The notes below the pieces were generated by a model. That model worked only from the letters and a program-made list of their open reading frames with translations. It made no database searches and was not told the DNA's origin. The translations under genes were made by a program, and so were the position numbers. Below are positions 13,238 to 24,845 of a stretch of 64,000 nt of DNA, one piece after another. This DNA comes from Camelus dromedarius (lineage: Eukaryota). The stretch spans positions 10,604,001 through 10,668,000 of the forward strand of contig NC_087438.1 of the NCBI RefSeq assembly GCF_036321535.1, written 5' to 3'. Numbering within the stretch: position 1 is the stretch's first letter; every line of letters begins with the position of its first letter.

Positions 13238-13867
13238 GGGCTTATATCCAGAAGGAATCCTACTTCAAAAAGACACCTGCACCCCAGTGTTCATAGCAGC
13301 ACTATTTACAATAGCCTAGACATGGGAACAGCCTAAATGTTCATCAATAGATGACTGGATAAAGAAGATGTGGTATATCTATACAATGGAATACTACTCA
13401 GCCATAAAAATGACAACATAACGCCATTTGCAGCAACATGGATGTCCCTGGAGACTGTCATTCTAAGTGAAGTAAGTCAGAAAGATAAAGAAAAATACGA
13501 TATGAGATCGCTCAGATGTGGAATCTAAAAAAAACCAAGAACATAAATACAAAACAGAAACAGTCTCATAGACATAGAATACAAACTTGTGGTTGCCAAG
13601 GGGGTGGGGGGTGGGGGGAAGGGATAGACTGGGAGTTCAAAATTTGTAGATACTGACAGGCATATGCAGAATAGATAAACAAGATTATACTGTATACCAC
13701 AGGGAAATATATACAAGATCTTGTGGTAGCTCACGGCAAAAAAAAAAAAAAAAAAAAAGTGACAATGAATATATGTATGTTCGTGTATGGCTGAAAAATT
13801 GTGCTGTATACTGGAATTTGCCACAACATTGTAAAATGACTATAACTCAATAAAAAAAAGGTTAAAA
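13238..13867 (+). mobile_element. Young 5'-truncated L1
   Basis: Encodes an ORF2 C-terminus (DTCTPVFIAALFTIA*TWEQPKC...MEYYSA) with a stop, followed by 3' UTR, AATAAA and A tail. TSD aaaacttcct at 13228-13237 and 13868-13877. Confidence 0.95.
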
Positions 13868-14523
13868 AAAACTTCCTTGAGGCTTTTTCTCTTTGAAAGA
13901 AGTCAAAAGCAGGCTCCTGGCCCCAGTGATGCTTTCATAGGTGGCAGTGTGCAGCCTGGTCAGCCTCTATCCTGCACTTTGGGCAAAGAAGTCCTACAGG
14001 ATGAGCAGCTGGGAAAGCTCGCTGGACCGAAGCTTCCAGGGATCCCCGTGAGCATCTAGGAAGGGCATCCCTTAAAGTACTACAGCCCCATTCAAGACCC
14101 TAATGATTCCAAATAGGAAGATCAGTGATGCTGCCCCACTGACAGCAGGACAGCAGCTTGGGTACCACCTGGTCTCCAGATGGTCTGATGGTCGTGCTCA
14201 GTGCTCTTTCAGTGCCTCTAGGATAGTGGACGGCGGACGTATGTCTCCTGGTACAAACTAAGAATGGACAGTGAAGCCTCCCCAAAATACCCACCACCAC
14301 ATGGGGTTATTTAAGCCTTTGTAAGTCCTGTGACATTTCCATCCAGACTCGAGACTCCAAAGGAAAAAGGACCGATGTGCAGTACAAGCACTGAATCTTA
14401 CCCGTTGACACTGACATTATTTTAAAGCATCCTAGAGGAAAATATTAATATAAATTGCTAAAAGAATAACTCTCTAATAAAACTCCTTAACATACGTCTG
14501 TTATTTAAAAGTAATTTGTTAAA

Positions 14524-14691
14524 GGGGAGGGTATAGCTCGATTGTTAGATTGTGTGCTTAGCACGCACAAGGTCCTGGGTTTAATCCCCAGTACCTCCCT
14601 TAAACAAACAAACAAACAAACAAACAAACAAACAAACAAACAAACAAACAAACAAATAAACCTAATTACAACCCCCCCCAAAAAAAGAAAA
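14524..14691 (+). mobile_element. tRNA-Ala-derived camelid-type SINE (Vic-1-like) with internal (AAAC)n expansion
   Basis: Head 'ggggagggtatagctc...gcttagcacgcacaaggtcctgggtttaatccccagtacctcc', about 13 AAAC units, tail 'aaataaacctaattac'. TSD aaaagtaat(t/g)tgtt. Confidence 0.9.
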
Positions 14692-14789
14692 AAAAGTAAT
14701 GTGTTGAGAAAAAAAGAGAAGCCATTTTTCTTTCTTTGTTTCTAATGGCTTCCGTGTCTTATTAGACTAATAAATGCATTGAACCAATG

Positions 14790-16030
14790 TTAGACTAATA
14801 AACTGCCTCTCTCCCATGCTATAAGAAAGAGAATTATAAAATTCTTGGGAATAAACTCAACAAGGAAAATAGTTCCTAAATGCAGAAAATCACAGAATTT
14901 TCCTGAAGTTCATGAAATAAGACCGAAATAAAAAGGCAAGCTATGTTCCTTCTGGACAAGACATTGTTGAGAACATAGCAGAGAGCTTTCTGAACTCATC
15001 AGTAAGTTTAATGGGGTTTCAGTAAAAATGCCAGCAATCTGGGTGTTCATTTGGGCCTGAGTAAAATGATTTTCAGCTTTGTATGGGAGGACAACCAAGA
15101 AAACGTGATAAAGAAATCTAGTGGGGGAGGGGTATAGCTCCATGGTAGAGCACATGCTTAGCATGCATGAGGTCCTGGGTTCAATTCCCACTACCTCCGT
15201 TAAAAATTAAAAAAAAAATTATGCTGTACATCAGAAATGGACACAACATTGTAAACTGGCTATACTTCAATTTTTTTTTAAAAGAAGTCTTGTGAAGGGG
15301 ACCTTTGTTTACCAGGTATGAAAGTCACGAAGAGCAGGTGATTCACAGAAGAAGTACTAATGGAGCATACACATGTGAAAAGATGCTAGACTGTGAGACT
15401 GGGGAGTCAGGGAAGTAAAACTAGAAACAAGGAGACTGTCGTCAGATTAAAAACACTAACAGGGTGGATAAAATCCAGTGCTGGTGAGATCGGCACAAAA
15501 AGAAATTTTGTACCATACTGGCTGGAGTGTAAACTGCTATAGTCTTGTGGCAAAGGAACATGTCAAAAGGTATTAAAATTTAAAGTGTACGGACTCCCTG
15601 ATCCAATAATCTGCATTTAGAATTTATCCAAACAAAATAAAGCACTTCTGCATAATACCATGTAAACAAAGGCATTCATTAAAGCATTCTTTGCAATGGC
15701 AGACACAGGACAACATTCTGTCTATCTGCCAATACGGGACAGGCTAAATTATGATGGTTCTTATTTGGTGCATATATGGTACCTGCGCACCGGGGAATGC
15801 TGACCAGCAATCACAGAGCATGAGGTGCCACTGAACATACCGAACCAGAAAGAAGCCCACGATATGGCTTCTCACTCCATTAAAATTTTTCTTTTTTTAA
15901 AAAAGACCCTAAAAATGTGTAAATACATTGGTCTGAGCAGAAAGTTGGAGAGTGACATATACCAACTTAACACTGGTGATTTTAGGAGGGGTGGGATGAC
16001 AGAGGGTAGGAAGAGGAAAATTACTAACTT
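14790..16030 (+). mobile_element. Ancient L1 (L1M) ORF2/3' relic, interrupted by the SINE at 15124
   Basis: Degenerate ORF2-type motifs: 'aaaattcttgggaataaactcaacaagg', 'acacatgtgaaaagatgct', 'ggagtgtaaactg', 'tgatccaataatctgcatttagaatttatcc'. Confidence 0.65.
15124..15281 (+). mobile_element. tRNA-derived SINE head fused to an L1 3' tail
   Basis: SINE head, then an A-run, then 'atgctgtacatcagaaatggacacaacattgtaaactggctatacttcaat' (L1 terminus). TSD aagaaatctagtg (15111-15123) / aagaagtcttgtg (15282-15294). Confidence 0.85.
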
Positions 16031-16081
16031 TACACACGTATCTGTATAGTTTTACTGATGACAAAGAACCTAGGTTACCCT

Positions 16082-16285
16082 GAGATAAACAAGATTATAC
16101 TGTGTAGCACAGGGATATATACACAAGATCTTGTGGTAGCTCAGGGTGAAAAAGAATGTGACAATGAATATATGTATGTTCATGTATAACTGAAAAATTG
16201 TGCTCTACACTGGAAATTGACACAACATTGTAAACTGACTATAACTCAATAAAATATATATATATATATAAATAAAATGAAAAAG
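16082..16285 (+). mobile_element. Short young L1 3' UTR fragment
   Basis: Closely similar to 13672-13855 ('agataaacaagattatactgtg...gactataactcaataaa'), with an (AT)n-containing tail. Confidence 0.9.
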
Positions 16286-19019
16286 GAAAGCAACTTCACC
16301 GATGCACACAAAATAAATGAAATGTCTAATTCTCAGGGGGCAAAGCCAGAGAACCACCCCACAAAGCGAAGTTTGATGGGTTGCTGGTGTGCTTTTTGTG
16401 ATCACCCGAGATGACACCTCTTAGAAGGAATTCTGCTCATCACACTTGAAAAGCACCCTGATTTCTGACAGTTTTAAACACAAGGCTGAATTCTGGAAGC
16501 TGCATGCTGTCCAAAAGACAGCTGCAAGTCTCCAAAACCGAGAACTCTGGGCATAAGAAAAGAGGAATATTCTCTTGTTTAACTCACCCTCCTGCTGCCG
16601 CTTATTTAAAGCCATTTGTGGCCTACTTCTACCTTTTTTGTCTTTAGCACCTCAGTCATGATGCATTTACAAATAGGTAACAACAACTGTAACACAGTCT
16701 GACTACAGCATAAAGGTATTTAACCCAGTCTGAAGGGACAGAGTCGGCTTCTTGGAGTCCTGTGAACTTCACAGGACCATCCATGCTCCCTTTGGTAAGA
16801 CTCCAAGCTCTGAATTTTCTCTCTGTGCTAGCTCTGAATTCCAGCTGAAAAGCCAGCGCCTGCCCATCCTCTGAGATCACGGGCAAGTCTTTCTCTCCCA
16901 GGAACCCCTGACTGACCAGTCTCAGCCACGAGACGGCTCCTGTCATGGGTATTACTGCTGTTATTTATTTATTCATGAAACGAGTTCATTCATTCACATG
17001 TACTCAGTGAGTACGGAATATCAGCCTGGCACCGTGCTCTTTTCTGATCACTAAACACGATATGATGGTCAAACAGATTGTTAAGCTTCTTTGACCACCA
17101 TGTCATGCACAGCGATCAATAAAATCCCAGGGCCAGGCAAAGACGCTGTGCACTCACGAAGTGTCTCTGAATATTTCTTTATATCCCCCACAAACCTGAG
17201 AATTAGGGGCGCATCTGACAGACTGTTCTGAGGATTAGGGCAGTTTTGTATGACGAAGAAGAGGACAGACTCAAGTTGCTGAAGATGGAGAAAGCAGTGG
17301 GGGTGGGGAGACAACGCAGGGATGGAAGATTGTCACTGTGTGTGGTCAGCCAGTGCCTATGGCTGTTCTCTTGCTCCCTGTGCATCCCCTGCAGGACCAG
17401 TCCCTGCCTCACCTACACCCCACTCTCCTGACTGACCTTCCTACCTGCCTGCCCCAGGTCCCAGCTAGTGACTGTTCTTATCAAAGGGGTGGCGATGGGT
17501 GGGCCCCTCTGCTGGTTTCTCTGGTAACCAATGAGCCAACCTGACCTCAATGCCCCCTATAACTGCTAACCACCCCCTGCCCCCGGGAGCGAAGATGCCC
17601 ACTGTGTCCTGCCCACCGTCCACCGCACGTGGTGGGGTGTGTCTCCAGGACCTTGCTTCAGACATGGAAGCTCCCCCATCCATGAAGCCACTGATGTCTC
17701 TGTCACTGACTCCGGGCTCTTCCTTTGATCCTGAAGCTGGGTGAGTCCAGGCCTTGTAGGCCCGTGGGGTGCAGCCCACACAGGGCTGTAATCAGTGCTG
17801 AGATGTGAACATAGCAGCACAGCCCCACAAGTCAAGTTGTTCACAGGAGGATAATTCTAACCAATCAAAATGAAAGGAAAGGGAATTTTAGAACAAAAAT
17901 ACATGAGCCCTAAGCAGCTGTGCAAAAAGAAAAGAAATGTATAAGAAAAAGGTATACTCTTTGGGTATAACTACATCTAAACTCATTTGGCATTACCGAC
18001 AACAGCATTTATGTAAGAATTTAAGAATCATTCCATCCTCAGCCTTAGAATTGTTCTGCCGAGTCTCACTCTTGAGCTTCCTGATGGCTTAAATGCATGT
18101 TTTTGAAACCAAATTCGATGTCCTCACTATACATTTAGGTCCACTTCAATTACTCTAAACTCACATTGTGCTTTTGGAGTTGTGGTGACAAAAACCCTAA
18201 GCTTCTTTGCTAGAAATTTTTTGAAGTGTTCAGGATTTTGGCTTGATAACGTCTCCTTAACACTTAGAAATAAACCAAAGTAAACATTTCTTCCTGTTTT
18301 ACTGAGAGTAAAAGGCTATTTCCCAAGGCTATTTGTTAAGTTTCTAAATGGCAAAGTGCAAATTTTTAAAAATTGTACTTTAAGGATAAAACCAAGGATG
18401 TTTCTTGACTTTGAGCAGCAAATAGATTTCCTCATTGCCTAAAATAACTCTGACAGTATATTTAAATCTGTTTTAAAGAAGGCTTTACAATGCCTTTCAG
18501 CTGCTCAATATAGAATGTGCTGTTTCTCCACAAGTTAAAATGCATGAAGAACTTTCCCCTTGGTCTTCCTAAAAGACCATTTCTACAGAACGAAAGATCC
18601 TTCTCTATAATTACTTACTGCTATGTGAAGATGAAAGTATACTAAACGATAAAATATGACATAAACTATTACATCAGCTAATTTCTAACCCTCTCAAACA
18701 CGTATGAACCCGAGACTAGTCCGATACAACTGCACCAAATGTTTTCCTGGCTGATACAAAAACTGAAGAATTCAAAGAGAAAAACACTGATCAGGGGAAA
18801 ACAGGAAGTCCCAACTTTGAAAAACACTCAATCCACCTTCTCTGCAAACCACAAAAAGATCAGACAAACTAAAGATGTGTTGACATTGGCTGTAGATCTT
18901 GAAAGGGGATAGAACCTTAAAATACAACCGAAGTAACACTCAAATTTCCTTTTTGCTGGTTCTTTTCCTTTTCTTTCTTTTTGGAAAATATATTTTAAAG
19001 TAGAAATCTAAAATTACGT

Positions 19020-19480
19020 TCATATTCATCCCTGCATAGATTAGCAGCGTTGTATGAAGCTCTGACTGTTTTCAAGTACTTTCCTAAGCGTGTACAGCCG
19101 TCCGTGATGGCCATCTTCTCATGAGTCCTCACACTTCACTCACTCCTTCTGAAAACCCAGCAAGGTAGGGAGTCTTGGCTCTTGTGAAGGGTAGAGAGAC
19201 TGAGACTCATAGGGGAAAATAATTCACCTAAAATCATAAAGCGATTAGTGGCAGAAGTGGGACTTTGGCCTCTAAATCCAGCAGAGTAAGCTGAGAAGCA
19301 TGCGGACCATCAGTTTAGATCTGAGCTTCCCCATGTACTGCTGTGTTCTCTTGGGCACATGACTTCACCTCCCCGAGACTCAGTATGCTTAGTGAAATAG
19401 GAATGCTCACCCAGTTTGGTCTCCTATAGGACAGAGTTTAGGATTAGCTGAGCTGACAATCATGAAAGTGCTTAGCATCA
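19020..19480. mobile_element. Two opposed MIR fragments
   Basis: 'gagactgagactcataggggaaaataattcacctaaaatcata...gtggcagaagtggga' (minus) and 'ttgggcacatgacttcacctccccgagactcagt...gaaagtgcttagca' (plus). Confidence 0.6.
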
Positions 19481-20320
19481 AAGGAGGCAAATCACCAACC
19501 CTTTCTTCCTCCCCCAAATAAGAACCCTGGAGGTATGACGATGTGGACACCTGCCCTGACCTAAAGCAGAAGCCCCAGAACATCAGGGACCTCCAAGGCC
19601 CCTCAGGACCTCAGGATGCAATTCTGATTCAGGGCAGATTAAAAATTAGTCTTGAAGACCCGTGACAGGTCTAAAATCTTCTGTAATTTACATGCTTTTT
19701 AGAATAGCCACAGCCTGTGGAGAGAGTTAAGCTCAAAATTATATCCTGACGCCCTGGGTGACATTCACGCGGCCCTAAGTGTGGTCTCATGGGGTTGGAG
19801 AAGGGACCCTATTTCTGGAGGAATGGATGGTCTCTGTCCTCCAGAAGTGACTGTTGACTCAACCTGCCTGAAATTTAAGGCTCTCCTGTCAGCAGGGAGG
19901 TACCGGGTAGCGAGGTCACTGTGCTAGTTGTTTTTAAAAATGCCAAGATAAAGATTCAATGAAGTTCCCAAAGCGCCTTCTGTATCAGGTCTCTGAGCTA
20001 CTAGCCGGCTCTTCAAGCTTTAATAACCTCTTCCTGCTGCTCATTTTTTTTTTTTAAATAAACATGGTTCCCTTGCTTTAAAAAACGAATGGGAATTGGT
20101 TTTGAAGAAATTCAGCATGCAGTCAAAAGCAGTAGTAGCTAAGCAGAATCAAGCTGCCTTCTCACTATTCAATACGTATCATTAATCTGACAGCATTAGA
20201 AGGAAATGTGCACAGTGTGTAATGCAGCACCGGTTTTACATGTTTAAAAGCAGCTTTCAGTGAGCGATCATTAAGTCAAACATCTACTCAGGCATCTATC
20301 TCGGGACCCTCCCAACTCTT

Positions 20321-21041
20321 TTTTTTTTTAAACATTTTTTTATTGAGTTATAGTCATTTTACAATGTGTCAAATTCCAGTGTAGAGCACAATTTTTCAGT
20401 TATACATGAACATACATATATTCATTGTCACAATTTTTTTCACTGTGAGCTAGCACAAGATCTTGTATATATTTCCCTGTGCTGTACAGTTTAATCTTAT
20501 TTATCTATTCTGCATTTTGAAATCCCAGTCTGTCACTTCCCACCCTCCGCCCCCTTGGCAACCACATGTTTGTATTCTATGTCTGTGAGTCTGTTTCTAT
20601 TTTGTATTTATGTTTATTATTATTATTATTATTATTTTAGATTCCATATATGAGCTATCTCATATGGTATTTTTCTTTCTCTTTCTGGCTTACTTCACTT
20701 AGAATGACATTCTCCAGGGACATCCATGTTGCTGCAAATGGTGTTATGTTGTCATTTTTATGGCTGAATAGTATTCCATTGTATAGATATACCACATCTT
20801 CTTTATCCAGTCATCTGTTGATGGACATTTAGGCTGTTTCCATGTCTAGGCTATTGTAAACAGTGCTGCTATGAACATTGGGGAGCAGGTGTCATTTTGA
20901 AGTAGGGTTCCTTCTGGATATATGCCCAGGAGTGGGATTCTTGGGTCATATGGTAAGTCTATTCCTAGTCTTTTGAAGAATCTCCATACTGTTTTCCACA
21001 GTGGCTGTACCAAACTGCATTCCCACCAGCAGCGTAGGAGA
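20321..21041 (-). mobile_element. Young 5'-truncated L1 with perfect 17-bp TSD
   Basis: ORF 20846-21097 carries ORF2 C-terminal motifs ([17 protein letters not shown]...[14 protein letters not shown]...MFIAALFTIA). Poly-T at 20321. TSD ggaccctcccaactctt at 20304-20320 and 21042-21058. Confidence 0.97.
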
Positions 21042-21991
21042 GGACCCTCCCAACTCTTGACTGACACTCCTGTAAATCTCTGCCATGCAGCTGCCATGTG
21101 GACCGGGGCTGGCTGATAATCCTTTGACGAGGAAGGCTGGGTCAGTAGCTCTTACGTGCCCAGTGCCAAGAGCATATGTACAAAAGAGATTGAATATGAG
21201 GCCCATGCCTTCAAGGAGGCTACACTGAGAATGTGCAACCAGTAAAGAGTGATTAAAATGCTAAAGATTAGAAGTGAGACCGCCTTGAACAGTGACAGCC
21301 ACTGTGTGTGCTGGAAAAGCTAGGAAGGGCCCTGGGCTGGCAGGGAGGAGGGTAGAGGGCTTTAGGTGGGGGGCAGAGCCTACCTTCTCGGTGAGCCCAG
21401 AGAAGAGGCTGGGCGTGGGGCAGTGGAGAGAAATTAAGTCAGGTGGGGTCAGGGGACCCCAGGCAGGGGAGTTAAGATTGGATCTGACTGGCAATAGGAA
21501 AAACTGAGAGCTTGTGAGTGTAGAGCTTATGAAGCCTGATCTGGTAGGAAGGGGCATAATAGACGACAAATGGGAAGGAATGAGCCAAAAAAACCACCTC
21601 TCCAAGGACCAGGTATTCAGTCCAGGATCCAGGGCACTGGTGCTGGGAAAAGATGGGGGCCAACATTTATTTTGATGCAAGAAGTGATATCTGCTTCTCA
21701 TCTTCCTTGGGCATCCCCATCCTGAGTCAGCCTCCCTGAGGGCAGGGCCAGGTTGTCAATCAACACTGGTGAAAGGAAAGAACTATGTCAGGGTTTCTAG
21801 GTGAGTTGCAGCAGGGGTGTCACTGCCTGGAACCGGGTGCCCGAGAACACAAGCTGAAAACTCCACCTGGGACTATCATTCTCCAAGATAAGAAGAGAAG
21901 TACAGTACTTAGTTACAACAAAGCCTAAATAAAAAGTGGATGTTCTAACCAAGTTTAAAGAGGGTATAATCTTTAGGGAAGGATGTTTGAC

Positions 21992-22018
21992 CAGAGCCAG
22001 CAGAGCCAGCAGAGCCAG
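21992..22018 (+). repeat. (CAGAGCCAG)3 short tandem repeat
   Basis: Three perfect 9-bp units, read directly. Confidence 0.9.
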
Positions 22019-24621
22019 GCAGCCTTGACCCTGACATCTAAGGACCCTGAACTTGGAAAAATGCCTACAAGATGCTGTGAGTTGCTGCAGCCACACACAG
22101 ATCCCACTCTGTGTGCAGTGACTGCCCGTGGGACCCCATTTATCTCTGGACCCGGCCTGGCCACAGATCTCACCTCTGAGCTCCCCTCACCTTGGTGGCT
22201 TTGCTCAACAGTTCACAGGCATTTCCCCCAACCCCCAAGGGGTGGTGTATGCACAGAGCTGGCAGCGTGGTGAGGACTGCAGGGATCAGGGCTGGTGAGA
22301 GCACCCGACATCCAGCAGCACTGTTCGCTGAAGGGACACAGGCTAAGTGGTCTGAGATGCACAGGGCATGAAGGGGCAGAATAAACGGGCCAATCTGATC
22401 CCAAGGGAGTTTGCCCTGGACGTTTGCAGCTGATGCCCAGTGGCCCAGCTAGCCAGGTGACCTCAGGAGAGCAGCAAGCAAGGCCCCAGCTGGAGCAGTT
22501 TCCTGCCCCATTTGCTCTCTGGCGTTTGGGGTGGGGGGGTGGGCACAGTAAGTTCTCTGCCTCTTCATTTGCCATCATTGCTTTTCTTTGTTGCTGACTG
22601 TTGAGCGATGAATGGGGTGACCACCCACTGGGGGAAAAATGTGTTTCTCTAAGTGGAAGAAGTCATGCTAACCAAATGTGTCTGCAAAGCAAATGTGTTT
22701 GCTAAGCTAACACGTATCTGATGGCAAACTTCTGTTGGGATAAACGGAAATATCGCTGGGATCTGTTTACACGGGCGAGAACCAAATCCCACAGGCTGTA
22801 GATGGAGTCGAGCTTTATCTATTCTCTCAAGCAAAGGAGAACATGGTGTGTGCACTCTGTTTTGGGCACGAAGGCACGGTCGGGAAGCCTGCTGTGAACA
22901 CCAGCTGTTCCAAGGCAACAGAACTCATTTTCAGAGGACATGGATTTTCGCCACAGTGGAGGCCTGGAAAAAGCTGAATGACTCCAGCTGGAAGTGTATC
23001 GGGCAGTTTCATGTGCACCCAGCCCTGACTCTGCAGCTATGGGAAGACAAGAGAGGAGGGAGGGGGGCTGCAGAGAGAAGCCCCGGGCGTGACCTGAAGG
23101 CAGCTGGCGCAGCACCAGAGCTTTGGGGATGCTCCAATTAAATGCCTTTTTTTCTCTCTCTCTCCTTTCTTCATTGTCACCCCAATTATTAATAGTTCTT
23201 CCACAGAAAATCCTTTCGCTTGCTGTTAGATCGGTTTAGAGAGAAATCTTCCCCGGTTGACTAACCGCTGTAATTTGCAAATAAGCTGTGGTTAAAAGCT
23301 GACCCCCATAGACAGATCACTTCTTAAGGCGCAGTTGGATTGTTTTTCCCATGGAGGTGATAGACATAATATGCAAATAACAGAGCTTGCTACAAATCAT
23401 ACAGTAAGCTTGCTTCTTAACGGACATGGCCTTAAGATCGGTACACCGAGGTTTGGGATGGAGCGATCTTCTTATCTTGGAACAGGGTTGAGGTTGCATT
23501 TAGCACTATCTTGTCCTAAAACTTTGAAGAAATAGGTATGGTGCTTGCTTCAGCGTAACATGAGGCGGTGGAAATAGACAATTCTTCCTGTGCTTTGGGA
23601 GGTCTGCTCTTGTGTTTTCCTTTGCTGTGCCGTACGTTTTCAGAGGTAATGGAACTAGAAAGCGGTGCACAGAAACGATGTGCTACTCTCTGCTGCTTGG
23701 CTGAGGGACCTCAAATGCCTGGACCCAGGTGTGGTCCACAGCTGGTCACTCATCACACGCTGCTGCAAGCAGCAGCTCTTTCTTGAAGCTGGATTTTTTA
23801 CGTTCACGCACAGAAACATTTACCATTTTCTCTGCGGCGTGCCGATGGCAACGCAAAATTTGGTTGTTGCTCTGGAGCCCCTACCGCCAAACAACAAAAT
23901 GCAGTCTGCAAGAAGAGGGTGGAAAAAACTGACTTCCAATGACAGAAAAGTCCGATCAGGACCTACTAAGCACCCTTGTTTGCCATTTGAACAGGCAGCA
24001 TTTTTTGCATTTGGTGGGGAAAAGGATGCAGCTTTTCTTCTAAATTAGAGAATCCTCTGAACAATATGTGGTTCTGAAACTCACTGTGAGTGAAAATAAG
24101 TCCAAAATCAATGTGAAACTGACTAACGAGATATAGAAAAATGAAGAAGGAAAATTTTGGATTCCTTAAGCAAACCCTCGCCCTTTTCAAATGAGAACTG
24201 TACAGGACATATTGCAAAGGCAGATTGTAGCACAAAATACATAAAAGCAAATATCTTGAGATGAGCTCAGAGACTGAAAGGCTGGTTAATTAGTCCTTTT
24301 GCAATGTAAAACCTTATTAAGTGTTCTGTTCCTTGGTATAATTAAAATTATATTGGACACATTTTCTTTTCAGATTGTCAGAGCGGATTACAGCTGAAAA
24401 AAAATTTTTCATGTGATATTTTTACCAAGAAATTTATATCTGTGCCTTTTGAGTATCATTTGATGCATGTATCTTAGGTTTAACAGAATCACTGGACTAA
24501 AAGGTTTCTTTTTTTTACCAGGTGGTTCATTTACCTCCTGTCTTTACATAGGACACATTAGATGCCTTCTTTAGCTCTGGAGTCTTTAAATTCTCTAGGT
24601 CCCTCCTGAAAACAAATTCCA

Positions 24622-24845
24622 TTGCTTCTGCTCTGTTCTTAATGCCTAGCATTCCTCTGAAACAGCCTTGGTTTGGAAACTGACAAGCATGTACAGTGTT
24701 TCTGAAAGTGTGTTCCAGGAACACTGTTTCCTGTTGCTTCTGCTCTGTTCTTAATGCCTAACATCCCTCTGAAACAGCCTGGGTTTGGAAACTGACAAGC
24801 GTGTACAGTGTTTCTGAAAGTGTGTTCCAGGAACACTGTTTCCTG
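24622..24845 (+). repeat. 112-bp tandem duplication (2 copies, 4 mismatches)
   Basis: Copy 1 is 24622-24733 and copy 2 is 24734-24845, aligned by eye. Confidence 0.95.

Noticed and set aside
17458..17740. Possible + strand exon (ccccag ... GG|GTGAGT)
   Set aside because: I found no through-reading frame from the acceptor and no recognisable peptide. A non-coding exon cannot be excluded but is unsupported.
24622..24845. Palindrome-containing direct repeat as a CRISPR-like array
   Set aside because: Only two adjacent copies with no spacers, in a mammalian context.
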